Origin: Selaginella moellendorffii
Taxonomy: Eukaryota > Plantae > Lycopodiophyta
DNA length: 64,000 nt
Direction of reading: 5' to 3'
Assembly: GCF_000143415.4 (NCBI RefSeq)
Contig: NW_003314313.1
Span: 266,418-330,417, forward strand
The translations under genes were made by a program, and so were the position numbers. Shown here piece after piece: positions 13,068 through 27,200 of this stretch. Every line of letters begins with the position of its first letter. The stretch's first letter is position 1. Below the pieces are notes generated by a model. The model had not been told where the DNA came from and did not search any database. It saw nothing but the letters and a program-made list of their open reading frames with translations.

Positions 13068-13250
13068 TGTATTGACACCTGACCTTTACTTTTGGTGTTT
13101 CCTTTCTGCGAATAAGAGCTTACACGTCAGTTTAGATTCCGCGCCAATCCAAACAGGTAGCAATCTAAAGTTTTCGAGTTTGATACGATAAGAGAATGCG
13201 ACAAAATTTTCTAGCTCTTTAAGCGTTTGAAAAGACGCTTGTGTGCAGCC

Positions 13251-15153
13251 ATGCAGGCGATGGATCTCTGGCTTCCTTCCATTGCAGTGGCCTTGATCAT
13301 CGTCCTTATCTCGTGCATTCTCAACTTCAACAGCTGGTTTTATGCTCCGAAGCTTAGACCTGGATCGCCACCATTGCCACCAGGTTCGCTTGGTTGGCCT
13401 GTTTTCGGAAACATGGGAGATTTCTTACAGGCCTTCAAGTCAAGCAATCCGGAGTCCTTTGTAGGGGGTTTCATTTCCAAGTAAGTGTTAATTTCCTTTT
13501 TCTTTTCAAAACCTCTGCTTTTCTTGCAGGTATGGATGTGGAGGCCTGTATAAAGCGTTTTTGTTCAGGCAGCCCACCATTCTGGCCACATCAGCGGAAG
13601 TATGTAAGACCGTGCTTTGTAACCATGATGTTTTTGAGATCGGATGGCCAGAGCGAGTGGTGAAAGAGCTTCTGGGACTGAAGGTTCTCTCGGCAGTGAC
13701 GGGCGACGATCATTTGAAGCTCAGCAAACTGGTCAAGCCGGCTTTAAGTTCACCGAAAGCAATTCAGCATCAAATGCCTTGCATTGAAGAAAACGTGAAG
13801 AAATTGCTAGACGAATGGGCGGATCGAGGCAACATCGTCTTTCTAGATGAAGCAAGAATGGTGAGCGAGCCTCAAAACAATCCGCAAAATTCTAACCTGC
13901 TTTTTGTTTCTGTCGTTTCTGTAGTTTACGTTGAAAACTATTCACGAGATTCTAGTAGGAGAGGATACAGGGATTGATTTCAAACAGGTGTCTGGGCTGT
14001 TTCACACCATGAACAAGGGTCTGCGTGCTTTACCACTCAACTTTCCTGGCACTGCTTACAGTAACGCTGTCAAGGTTCTTCTTCTTCTTCTTCTTCTTCT
14101 TTTTTCTCCGTCTTAAGTTTGTGCTTGGTTCGTCCAGGCACGCGCAACGTTGGCAAATGACTTCTGGCGAATATTCTACGAAAGAAAGGAAAGCAAGAAG
14201 AGAGGAGGAGATACTTTGTCCATGCTGCTGGACGCCACAGACGAGGGCGGTCAACCTCTAGAAGATGATCAAATCGTGGATTTGATCATGTCTTTTATGA
14301 ACGGAGGGCACGAATCCACGGCACATCTCGTCACCTGGTTGGCCATCCTCCTGAAAGAGCACCCTGCTGTTTACCAAAGACTCAAGGTATCCATTTCGCT
14401 TTCAGTATGAATATTTTCTTAGTGTTTTTTGCAGGCTGAACAAGATGAAATCGCGCTCAAGAAAATGCCTGGCGAAAGCCTTACACTAGCTGACATGAGG
14501 AGCATGACTTACATGTCTAGAGTATGCTAAAGTTTCTTCGAGTTCTTTATGACCGCTGACTTTCTGTGAAGGTGATTGATGAGACCCTGAGGCTGATTAA
14601 CATTTCCCCGTTTGTCTTTCGGAAAGTTCTCAGCGACGTGCAGCTAAACGGTGAGTAAACTTCTAGAGAGCTTTTGAAAAGGATATATGCTTGACCAACG
14701 AATTCACCAGGCTACACAATCCCGAGAGGATGGTTCGTAGAGGCGTGGCTACGACAAGTACACATGGATCCCCTCGTGCACAAGAACCCGAGAGAGTTTG
14801 ATCCCGACCGCTGGATTGTAAGCGTTTTGTTTCTTTGGTCGTATTCCCTACGTTAACCGGAAGTTTCTGTGTCAAGAACGAGAAGCCTCAGCCTCATACG
14901 TACGTTGCCTTCGGCTTGGGCAATCGAAAGTTTCCCGGAAGCAACCTCTCCAAGATCCAGAGCAGCATCATCATCCACCATCTCATCACGAAATACAAGT
15001 AAGCACAACGTTTTCCATCTTTTGCATTGGAAGGCTCACACACACCAACACAGCTGGGAGCCATTGAATCCACACTACAAGCTCGTATATCTCCCACACC
15101 CAAGGCCCGCCGACCACTATCCCGTCAAGATCACGAAGCGAGCACTTGTCTAG
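13251..15153 (+). CDS. Cytochrome P450, CYP85 clan, CYP88/ent-kaurenoic acid oxidase-like; heme Cys replaced by Phe
   Basis: Nine exons splice in frame. Motifs [15 protein letters not shown] (I-helix), ETLR and PDRW; the heme motif reads [10 protein letters not shown] (TTT at 14931-14933). Confidence 0.85.
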
Positions 15154-15493
15154 GATCTCTCTTCACGCCTTGGAGAAAGTAAGCACCATTTCTCACAGAG
15201 ACTGTGATTTGGCTGTAAGAATCTATGTCCCTGGAACTAACCGCCAGATTTGTTGGTATTACCAGGCCATCTTCACTCCGCGCGAGGACCGCCATGGCAT
15301 AGTAGAGCTGGTTCTTGGGATAAGTTAGCTTCTCGCTACGGGCCTGCGCCTCCAGAGTACACAACAAGCCTCCGTACACCTCTCGATTCTTCTCCATTAG
15401 CTGGATCGTACTGCCAGTGTTGTTGACAAAGGTAACTCCTCGAATTTGCGCTAATCTCTCGTCGCTGCTCCAGCACCCCAGCGAATTTCCCAT
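15131..15493 (-). CDS. Small intronless 120-aa protein of unknown function; N-terminal MGNSLGC (possible acylation)
   Basis: Clean ATG ORF with globular composition and a TATA-like tataaa about 50 bp upstream. Its stop codon lies inside the last P450 exon. Confidence 0.55.
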   Translation of the reverse strand: MGNSLGCWSSDERLAQIRGVTFVNNTGSTIQLMEKNREVYGGLLCTLEAQARSEKLTYPKNQLYYAMAVLARSEDGLVIPTNLAVSSRDIDSYSQITVSVRNGAYFLQGVKRDPRQVLAS

Positions 15494-15751
15494 GGCCTGC
15501 CTAGTAGCAACAGACGTGGAGAGATCTTTGTTCCCAGGATTTTATAGAATGGTGGCCGCCACCGCGTCAAGTGACCTGACCAATTCCAATGGAACTTCCA
15601 GGAAGAGCTGTGTGTTTTAACTTATTAGGCAGCAGTCACGAGATTAGTTCATACTTGGTTACGTTTCTAAGTTCAATATCTAGAGCGTACTGAGTCCACT
15701 CTATCAAGAGAAAGAAGCTTTAGATTCTCCAAGAACTAGACAAGGAAGCCT

Positions 15752-17520
15752 TCACAGGTTCTCGACGGGAAATCCAACCACTGGAGAAACTCTCTTTGCA
15801 ATGTCCCGGAGTTCCTCAACTTCGTCGGCTGTTAAGTTCCATCCGAGAGCCCCCGCGATTTCAATCGCCTGATAAGTGGAGATGCCTCTTTACTTAGCCA
15901 CGAAAAAACCATATGAATTTTTTTTTTTTTTCTTTTAGTACCTGTTGTGCCGACTTGGCACCTGGAATGGGAACCACATTCTTCTGTGCGACCAGCCAAT
16001 TGAGAGCTACCTGGAAAAGTTAAACATCGAGAAAACTTTGCGTAAGTTATGTGACTTTCAAGGCTCCACCAGAAAAAAAAACCTGTGTGGATGTCTTGTC
16101 GTACTTTTCTCCTAGTTGCTTGAGCTTGATTAGCACAGGAGAGAGCTGAGGAAGTTTCAAAAAGTTCAAAACTACAAACAAAAAAAAGAATAGTAGCTAT
16201 TACCTTTGACAGGAACCCCGCATTGTAGATTCCTCCCCTGGGTCCTTTTGGTGGATTTGATGGCGTGTATTTCCCGCTCAAGATACCTGTGAGATGTTTG
16301 AGAATCCTCATCTTTTTATTTCATGTGCCTGGAAGTTACCTTGAGCGATCGGAGAATAAGCTATGAGTGTGATTCCCAGGTCGTCACAGGCTTGTTTGAC
16401 GCTGTTTTCCTCTGGTTTTCGATAGATCAAGCTGTAGTTTACTTGATTCGATGCCAGGACAACTCCTCGTCTCTTCAGCTGGTCGTGAGACCTCTTAAGC
16501 CTGTCCACTGGAAGCAAACCAAGGATTTACATTGGTTTCCAAAGTAGAAATGCCACACCTTTGTAATTGGAAACTCCTACTGCTTTTACGAGTCCTTGCT
16601 CCACAGCGTCACCAAGACCGTCGAGATATCCTGTTACAAATACAACGTAGCAAAGAAACTAGAAAACGAGTAAAAATGAAAAAAAGAAAGAAAGAAGACA
16701 CCACCTTCATTTCCCCATATGCCTGGCCTGCCATTTAATTTAGACGTGAAGTTTAGAGCGTCTTTCAAGTTAAAAGTGCCATACCAGTGGAGCTGATATA
16801 AATCGACAGACGAAAGATTGAGACGCTCCAGAGAATCCTTGAGTGCTTTGACAACGCTCCCTCGGCCAAACCTCCATGGCAGTGCAGCAAACTTCGTTGC
16901 CACTACAATCTTAGATTGTTCTTCTTGTTTGATCTCCTTGATAAACCTGCGGGAAGAAAGAGGAAAACTTGAAAAATAGAAGACAAGCTTGTTTACCTTC
17001 CTAGAAGTGTTTCAGAATTTACAGCACCAGATGCAAACTGGAGTTGGACAAGTTAGATGGTTTAGCAGTAAAGTTCTAGCTCGGGACAGAGAATTCCACC
17101 TTGGAGCCATAGACCTCTGGACAAACGAAAAAAGAGAATTGAACACACCATTGTGATCAACCAGCAAAATTGCTCACCTGCAGTATCAAAGAAATCCAAA
17201 CCACTTTCCACGCTCGCGGTGAATGCCTCTTTTGCATCTCTCAACTTTCTATCTGTAATTGAAGAGTGATAATCCACACAACTCGGCATGAAGAAAGAAG
17301 AATCACTACCATTCCAAGTGCCTTCATTCCAGTAACTTGTATCGCCCCACGACCAAGCCCCAATCCCGACAGGAGAAACCTCTACACTGGATTTTCCTAG
17401 CCTTACCTTCTGGGTTGGTGTTGTCACAGTGATACAAGCACTGATCGAAGAGCCATGCCGCCTTGTTTTGATCCGGGCAGCTGGCAGCCATAAGAGAGAA
17501 TGTGGTGGCGATAGTGCCAT
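15752..17520 (-). CDS. Plastid-targeted aldo-keto reductase (pyridoxal-reductase-like family)
   Basis: Transit-like N-terminus, then [64 protein letters not shown] and terminal FPVENL*. The exons splice in frame. Confidence 0.9.
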
Positions 17521-18547
17521 GGCTCAAAAATCCCGCTTTAACCTTAAACCCTATGCATATCGTGACAGATTTTCCTTGTACTGCTGCAATGGCTTAGAAT
17601 GTTTTTTGTCACAACCAACCGATTATAGAGTAACAGATTTAAAGCCTCAAGATTAGAAATATTTAATTCATCTTTATTAGTTTGTATGTCTTAACAAAAT
17701 CTCAAAGGCAATAAAGAATAATGCTATTGCCAAAAACAACTTAGCAAAGACAGCCTTTAATGAGCTTGAAGCCTCTAATCACAACCAGAATATATGTAAA
17801 GATGAAGGCCACTCTCTTTGAGCTTATGAGTTTCCCTCATCTTTCAGGAACTCCTGCAATAAGGTAGCAAGCATGATGGTAATATAGAGGGATTGGCAAG
17901 TCTGTGAAATAAGCATATAAATGAAGATTAATAATAAAACAATATGAGTGCATTAGATATGGAATACAAAAATGTGCATATTAATTAATTTAAAAACCTT
18001 AGTTTATATACAAAAGCAAGTGGTCTGGATTGAAAATAATTTAGCAATTATCAAAATCCCACTATACTATATTAATATATAGCCATACATTTAGACCTCA
18101 CATCATCCTTTCCTCTTGAAATTAGAAGATAGTTAAAGTTCTCTAATGGACAAGTCAAAATCTAGAGGAATATAAGGAGGATGCATCACTAAACTTGTAG
18201 GTGGTGTCGATCCTTTTATAGGAAGTGTTTTAGCCATTGCATATGCATAATTTTTAGAGGATTAGTCTATTGAACATCATAAACTTTGTAATCTAACTTG
18301 CCATAACACCCGATGTGGTCTTTTCTATTAAGTAATAAACCTTTTACACAAACCACATACTATAAAATTGGGAAAACAAATTAACATTAAGTCATTCATT
18401 TTATACTCTATAGATGGATGATAATGGGAGTTGTAACACTGTTGTTATCCCACTTATACGTGGCCCAAGTGTTTGGTAGACTCTACTTAGATTAGTGGAA
18501 GAATGCTTGTCAAATATTAATCCAAAACTTAGCATTAACAGCTCGTG

Positions 18548-19349
18548 TGTAGCACATGTGATCATGGGATGAGATTTGGATATACTGTCACCGTGGATCC
18601 TTGGAACCTTGGGAGATAAATAGGGATAAAATAGCCACTAAGGGCTCTCTCATCAAGCAATTGCCCCTTTTCCAGTTAGCTTAAGGGGAGAGAGATAAGG
18701 TGCGCTACAGTTGGTATCGGAGCAAATGACATGGGTTCGATTCCCATTGATTAGTGGCTACTTAAAAGTATAATAGACCCTTGAGCAAGGTATATTCCTA
18801 CCCCTAAATTTGAAATCGTACGTATTGGGCATCCATACGTACGTCCTTCCTCTTGTGTGGAGTATCCACGGACGAAGGTATCCACCGTGGGACTGCGGTA
18901 CGGGTGGATGACTAGTTGCCTCACATGGAATAGCTAATCTACACAATAGAAGGATTGGTAGATTGAGTGCGGAAATGGAGGTGTTGGTTCCCCTTAGCTC
19001 AGTAGGGGTTGTTAGTCAATAGTCAATGAGGACATTGACATCTTTGAAGGGGGGGTGAGTGTAGCACTACACAATGGAAGGATTGGTAGATTGAGTGCGG
19101 AAATGGAGGTGCTGGTTCCCCTTGGCTCAGTAGGGGTTGTTAGTCAATAGTCAATGAGGACATTGACATCTCTGAAGGGGGGGTGAGTGTAGCACATGTG
19201 ATCATGGGATGAGATTTGGATATACTGTCACCGTGAATCCTTGGAACCTTGGGAGATAAATAGGGATAAAATAGCCACTAAGGGCTCTCTCATCAAGCAA
19301 TTGCCCCTTTTCCAGTTGGCTTAAGGGGAGAGAGATAAGGTGCGCTACA
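18548..19349 (+). mobile_element. TRIM (non-autonomous mini LTR retrotransposon)
   Basis: 162-bp LTRs at 18548-18709 and 19188-19349 (TG…CA, 2 mismatches); 5-bp TSD tcgtg; PBS tggtatcggagc; PPT gaagggggggtgag; no coding capacity. Confidence 0.93.
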
Positions 19350-19670
19350 TCGTGGCAATTACAAAAGTAAATTCAACTTTTAATGAATTCTTTCCTTCTT
19401 TTGGTTTTTCAAATTCTTTTTTTTTTCTTTCTCTACATCTTCCTTTTCATCTCTATCCACTTACATTCACAAAACATCACTTTATTACATCATTATAAAT
19501 ATTTGATCTTTGTTTTCATTTCTACACTATACATATAATTCTTGGGATCTTTAAACATCACTCTATCAAGTAGATCTCTAGCAATACAAAGCAATAAAAA
19601 TCAATTTTTTTGGCTATAAAAGACAAAATATATAACTTAAACTATCAAAGTGTGATATATAAGTGTCTAA

Positions 19671-19998
19671 ATTTTCCATTATACTTTAGTCACTTAACCA
19701 CACATTTAACCACTTAGAGGAATCTTACTCACAACCTTTATAAATCTTATTTTTGACTTAGGGACATGCTAGCCTCATAAATGGTATCTATGCCATTCAG
19801 CCTTTGCACTTGGTCCAAGTGCTCCATATGTCTAATTCTATAACAGACACTTTAAAAGCACCATTGACATATTAACCTATTATGCTAAAGCTATGTTTAT
19901 TTACCTTTGTCCATTGGTAATCTAAAACCACCCATACCCTTGTTCTGTCTCTAAAAGATTAAGCAATCTGTCCATAAGTGGTCATCCCAATACCACAC
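19671..19998 (-). mobile_element. Degenerate family-B LTR fragment (target of the large gypsy-like insertion)
   Basis: Matches the family-B LTR sequence starting at 29804; the sequence resumes at 45980 (cttagcatccttagg). Confidence 0.75.
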
Positions 19999-22721
19999 TG
20001 TAGCACACATGGTTTTCACCCTTTATTCTATGGTGATTTACCATAGAACAACCACAAAACAAAACCTAAACCCCCCATGTGCCACATGTTACATGCCATA
20101 TATCTAAAGGACAATGGTGTGAAACCTGAGTTTTAGAACCTTGGGCCACTAAAAGAAAGAATGGAGCTAAACTCCCAAACATGAAGCCAAAGAGTAATGG
20201 CATTGAAGCACGGAACGACTCCCGAGTATATATCCCAAGCAACGAAGGGACAGGAGCATGAAGGGACTTGGAATAGTTCTAAAGTATCCAGCATCCCAAT
20301 GCCAGAACCAAGATGCAAAATGGAGCCAAATGGAGTCTAGCGTTATTTTAATATATCGGTTGCCTAATGCAAGGATATGGGTACTCCACCAACAAGCATG
20401 TTATAAAACTTGGACTTAGACCCAAACCAAACGCAAAACAAAGACAGGTACACAAGTAAAGCTAAACTATACTTTAAGTTAGTCAAGCCATGCTTGACTT
20501 ACCCACTATCCCTATTATATGTTTTCAATCCCCCACACCCCCCCCCCCCAAGCCTTGAGGAACACATGCTTTGGGCTTTCACCCCAAGCCTCTTTTAATA
20601 CCAGGGGTTAGTCTTTGGAACCTCGAAACTTACTAAATATGGAATATCCTTATATTGTGAACTTGGTCACAGGACAAACACCATTGTGTTCAAAACAATC
20701 TCTATATTCCGTTGATATGCCAAATTAGTAAATCTAGACACTTTCCATAAATAGCATTTGGGACCGGAATAAGACTAACACAAAGGGCATGATAGCGAGA
20801 GTGTTTGGCAGACACAATAAGCTATCATTTAACGAATATTAAGGGACCAAGCTCAATATTGCAGAGGTTCCAAACACTAGCAAGTGCAAGTCAACAAATG
20901 ATTTTCTCTAACCAAGTCAAGTATACTTGACTAATAACACTTAAGAATTCCCTCCTTATGCTCATTTGGTTAAGTGCACATACGAAGACCAGTTTCTCAA
21001 CTACCTTAGGTGGAGACTGATAACGGGTCTAGCAATACCAACCTCCTGCCGTCGTGGCAATGAGGAAAGAATATCCAAAAGGATAGCTGATAAGTAACTT
21101 TCGATACCCAAAGTTGCATTTGCAACACTCTCCCCCTCTTAAGGAAAATCAACGTCCTCGTCAATGCATACTTGAGTCTAGACAACTACCAAGGAAACAA
21201 CCCTAGAAAAATTTCACAGTGATCACACTATGTGAAAAATGCACCAACTTAAATGAGTTAAAGTAACCTTTTTGTCTAACACGGATGTGCTACCAACTCA
21301 AACACTTTCCAGCCATCGCCGACAAGGAAATGACCAATGGAGTTAGCCACCTTTACTACTCTGGGTGTCACCCAGCTTACAAAAGTGTGATACACCCTTA
21401 CTTGCAAGGACATAGAGAGAGAAGTTAGAGGCCCGAACCTTCATGAGCAAAGAAACCAAATCCGTTGGTAAGGTTTAGATAAACTACTATAAATAGGTAG
21501 TTAAAGTTGTTTACATGATCACGCCCTTTCAAGGGAATAAAGAACATCGACAGAGAGGCAGGTGGTATAACCAGTCTACAATAGCTACCCCATGACTAAA
21601 GATTTCACTATGCACATGAAGTGTCAAAGCCAATCTGCCTATACTGGCTTAAATTCAAAGATCAATAGATGGATAATATCAAAGTCATAGACAATGATAT
21701 CTTACAGACTGAATTATCAGTAAATAAATCTTAAATTAGAACACAAAAGTATTCCAAATAAGTTATCATCTGATAAACCAGTATTAGAGTATAAGAACCA
21801 CCAAGATCACTATAGTTGGAAAATTATAGGATTCACCATCTAACAAATTTCAATAGCAAATATATTATCAAGTAAACTCAATAAGAAAACTTAACTATTG
21901 AAAATTGTAAATAGTATGCTAAACAACTTACCAAAGATAACTCAAAAAGCACAAAGTATTATTGACTGGCAAGCAAGATGCTTGCGAATGTATCACAAAA
22001 GTAATAACATTCAATTTATTAAACCTAACTAGAGCAAAAATCAACAGAATAGAGTGAATGCCGCAAAACCAACAAATACTCATTCATGCCAACTATCATG
22101 CTAGCCAATTTGAATAGATCCTGGTCAACAATACCAAGGAACCAAAGTTGCTCAAGCAAGTGTCAGCAACATCCTACTGATATCTCAAACCCAAGATACT
22201 AATCCAAAACAAATCACAAAGAATATATGATAATGTGAAAAGCCATAAACTATCAAAGAGAACAACTAACCATCATGAAAGATCATCAATCATCCCATCA
22301 ATAAAAAAATGTATAATCATTGTCAAAGAAAGAATTTACCATCCCGAAGAATGGCAAATCTTTCTATATTAATAACAATCAAGCAAAACCTTTGACAAGG
22401 ATAATCAACTATTATAAATGATATTCAATCATCACCAATGATTACTAGATGCAAAAGCCAACTTCAACATTGAAAGTAATGAGCCAAAATACCTTCTCTA
22501 ACAACTTTTAACAAATGGAATAATAAGCATAAAAAACTTAAAGAACCAAAAAGCTCGAAGAAGCCTATAGCTATGTCTTGTCCAACAATGTTTACAAGTC
22601 TTACATAACTAATTTTAATGCTAAAGAAGAAATCATGGTACCACCTATAATATCCTTCTCAACACATCGAGAAGTTAAACTTTATAATGCAAAACTAATG
22701 AAGAGCATATCTACATCAATC

Positions 22722-24267
22722 TGTGAGACACAAATCCCAAAGCCCCAAAAGTGGAGCCAAAAGGATGCCATATAATAGTGGCCGAAGTGGAAGCCAAATA
22801 GGAGTAACAAATTTGGATTAAAAGCTCTGACCTGGATAGTCAAGAGTGGGAGCGCAACTCCTAACGAAGTGCTCAAGAACAAGCACGAAGCAAACAGTAA
22901 ATGAGTCTCTAGAAAAGGGACACAAGAGGACCAACACATGACACATGGAGGAGTCTGAGATGGAGTTCGAGATGAACCTGAGATGGAGTCCAAGATGGAG
23001 TCTGAGATGAACATGAGATAGACTCGAGATGGAGTCTGAGATGGAGTCTAAGAGATACGAGATGGACCTGAGATGGAGTCTGAGATGGAGTCTAAGAGAT
23101 ACGAGATGGACCCGAGATGGAGTCCGAGATGGAACCAAGATCGAGACCAAGTCTGAGACTAAGATTGAGTCCAAGTTCGAGACCGAGACTAAATCTGAGT
23201 CCGAGTTCAAGTTTGAGTCCAAATACTAATATAGGTTGTTGGGTGAAAGGCCAAAGCGATCGTCCCCCAAATGGGGGGAGGGGTGGGGCAGGGCTATAGA
23301 GGGTTCTAAAAGTATAGTAGGGAGAGTGTGGGGGTTGGACCCCAGTGGAGCTAGTTTAGCAAGGAAAGCAGGAAAGGTTAGTTTGGCCCAGGAAGGCTGT
23401 ACCCAAATGTTGAGTGATGAGATAATCACTGGGAAGTCCAAGGCTAAAGTGAATACAGACTGACAAGTGGGGTACCTTGGTGAAGTATTCAAGAGCTAGC
23501 TCTAGTTCCCCCGGGAGATCAAATGGTCGATACTCCCAGTCCAAGCGTGGGTGGCACTACCTACTTGGATACCTAGCATGGCTCAAGAAAACCTTGTTCT
23601 AAGCCTATGGCTAGAGTAGCTAAAGGCAGAAGGTGAAGAGAGTACCCATGAGGCTCGCGGAGGGCCATGGTGTTCTGAAATGTTGTCCCAAAGTCCCAGA
23701 CTGTGGAAAGGAAGAGGAATAGTCCTCCGGTGTGGTGACTAAGGATACGGTCACACAATGAGGAAGTCCCGGAGGATAGTGGGACTTGGTGGCCGGGCCT
23801 GTAGGCCTTGATTCAGTGGCAGTATTGGCAAACATAACCATGGACAGAAAAGGACTTGGTAGGGACCGAAAAAGGGATATTGGGGAAGATTATTCCCCAT
23901 ATCTACAAGCATCCTAAGGATGCTAAAGAGTGGATCTGGGATTACCACTTATGGACAAATGGCCCCATCTTTAAAAGATACAACTATGATGTAGGTGGTG
24001 TTGGACCACCATTGTGGCAAAGGTGAATGGGCATAGCCTTAGCATAACAGGCTGATATGTCAATAGTACTTCTGGGTGTCGGTCATAAGATCGGACATGT
24101 GGAGCACTTGGACCAAGTGCAAAGATTGAGTGGCATGGATGCCATTTTAGGGGCTAGTATGCCCCAAGTCCTAAATTGGACTTATGAAGGTTGTGAATGA
24201 GACTTTTCCAAGTGGTTGGAGGTGTGGTTAAGTGACTAAAGTAGAATGGAAAATTTAGTCATTTACA
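22722..24267 (+). mobile_element. Solo LTR, family B, with 12-bp and 6-bp minisatellite
   Basis: TG…CA ends; inverted copy of 29804-31557; (atggagtctgag)n tract at 22950-23220; TSD not clearly preserved. Confidence 0.8.
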
Positions 24268-27200
24268 AAAGCTAAACATAACAAAGTTATGCTCAACAAG
24301 TGATCACTAAATGATTTTCTATGAATCCATCTATAGCAAGACGTAACTCACTTCATAACAAGCCCAAAAAGAATCATCAATGATCAATATATTCCAATAT
24401 TGATCACTAACTGTTCTTCTTATAAAGCTAATATAATCCACGACTAAATCACTTTTCAAGGATAAATTAAAGCTCAACCCCTACTAAACAATCTCGTCTA
24501 GAACATAACTAACTCAACTTGCCATTTAGTTCATTTGAATGTCAACATAATTGCTAACTAGCAAATGCATGAATGCTAACAACATAAAGTTATAGCTTAA
24601 TCATCAACACTATTTTCATCAAAACTAATGAAACTCAATATCAATCCTTAGGAGAAACATTTCATCTCACTTGAATCTCAACATCAATAATGTCAATGAC
24701 AAAGCATCACTTCAATGCCATCAACACTAAAATATGAATCACCACTCAAAGCTCTCCAGCAATCAAGCTAACCAAAGTTGAAAATACCTTACTCAGTATC
24801 CAAGACTAAACCTTTAGCAAAACTCAGTTATAGATAACACGTCATCAAGGAGTGATTCACCACATCCAAGACTTAATGAAATCTAACACCACGAACTAAA
24901 CATAACCAAATGATATCAACAAAGGTGAAATCAATATGCCAACATAGAAAAACCATACAAGCCTATGACACGATCCTCCACAACACCATCCAGTAAAGCA
25001 AGCTCATTATTACTAATTTATCATTAAGTGAAGCAAGTGTTAACAGTCCTTGACAAAGTCTATAAATAATCACTAGTCACAAAGCAACCAACAATCATCT
25101 TTCAACCTGCCTTCACAAGACCCAAAGACTAAACTCATGCTATCAAGTTATATACTTGTCCAACATGAACATAATACTTCATGTATGAGATAAAGGTTCA
25201 TGGACAAGCATGAACTAAATGACCATTCGAATCCAACTCAACTACAATAAGTTTAATGCGTTTAGCTAATAGCTTTGAGCATGCTTTGAAGAGGCTAGCT
25301 TTATATAATCAACACTTAGTCAAAGACTCATATTGGTACACAACCTCCACTTAAACAAATTTATAATATGGGTACTAGCATTTCAACCTCAAACAACTAA
25401 GTTGGACCTCATTATCCTTAGCTAAGGCACACTAAGACCAAGTCAAAATCAGTGAGAGCTCACTACTCTTATAGAGTTTAATGAAATGCAAGGTGCAATC
25501 TGCCACCAAGCATAATGCTAAAAGAAAAGCATAAGGATCACCTTTCTAAAAAAGTGTAATGACCATTTTTTTACACCAGCTCCAGACTCTATCCAACTCA
25601 ATTGCCTTAACCCCAAAAGTCAGCAGTCCTTTTGGGTTGTATCATACAAAGTACCTACTAAAGTCTAAGTTAACTAAAGTCAACTCCAACCCCTTCACTA
25701 GTTTATACTGGCTTACGAAAACATAAAGGTTTTCAAGCAAAGTGATCAACAAATCAGCCATTGGAAAAGTCTAAGAAAATTTGTGGAATTTTTCCATCCT
25801 AGAGAAAGAATGACTCTTAGTTTAGGAATACAAACTTTCAAGACTCAATAAACTTCCTCCTACCTACAATTTCATATAGGTTCACTTCAATATAAATTTT
25901 TATGACCCAATAATATGCTTAAGCATTGAACTTCATGCCCATTTTTTCTAACATATGTAAAATGCAAAATGAATATCAAGGCTTGATCACGAACACCATA
26001 TCTTCGGATATCCATATTGCACTAACACTCTTCTTCAACCACCTTTAAAATCCAATGTGAAGCCAAAATATTAATAAGAAAAATGATATGGAAAATCAAG
26101 ATCCAAGAAAAAACTCCTTATCACTCGAAATAACAATGCCACTTTCACTAACACAAGTGTTAACAATGTCAATGCCTCAATTACACACCTTCTCCATTTA
26201 ACAATTTACTCCAAATGCTAACAAATTCACCAACAAGCCATAGCAAATGAATGCTATAATTTTTCCTAATACCAAATGGGCAAACCCTCAAGGAAACAAG
26301 GTACCAACATAAGCTTAGCATAATTGAACCACCATTGAGAATCTAATCAAGGTTGCTTCAATATTACTATTTGCAAGTAGACTAACTTCACTATCAACCA
26401 CTTTGGGGTTAATCATTGTTTAACCAAGCAACTTCGTAAACATATTGCTCAATCATATGGATATGATATAAGTATCACAATGACTTGATCATCAATTGAG
26501 CAACATCATGAGTAACACTCATGTCATTACTTCAAAGGTTTATGTGACTATCAAGTGCCAACTCGATTTGACAAAATGCAACATAAATGCCACACCACAC
26601 CAATAGAGATTTACAATACTTAACACCACTAACTTTTGTTCACAACACGGACAAACTCATGCCACTCTTTTTTGACCATACTCAAAACTAATCTAACACT
26701 AAGGTATTCAAGGAGCAATAGCAACGTTCCCTACAAAAAAATTGAGCATTGCAACCCAAATCTTCAATATTAAGCTTAGACAAAATGGTATAACGTTCCA
26801 CCGCTATCCATCCCACAACTCACCATTTGTAAAACCATCATTTCCAACATGCATCAAGGTAGGGACTCTTGATTGCATAATGTGAACATGAGCAATGAGT
26901 TAATAATTTATTGCAAATCATCTCTCCAAGAGAAAATGATATACGTGTTTGATCCTTCGTCCTTGATGACTCTCTTTTTGGACTTTACTTTGACTAAACC
27001 TCAAGCTTACTTTCACATTGCCTTCAGTCCAATCCAAGAAAAGTTTATGAGAGAGCACAATAATAACTACTTGAACCAATAGATTAATTTTTATAATCTT
27101 GATTGATCTGTTTATAATTATGCCTAGGAAGGATCCACTAGTCCCATGCTAAATAGCTACAGACCAGCTTATTTGCCACTCATAGCAAACCTATTCACCC

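Noticed and set aside
18725-18755. tRNA gene
   Set aside because: Only a T-arm-like hairpin; no D-arm, anticodon arm or acceptor stem is visible.
22950-23220. CRISPR-like repeat array
   Set aside because: Head-to-tail minisatellite without unique spacers, in eukaryotic DNA.
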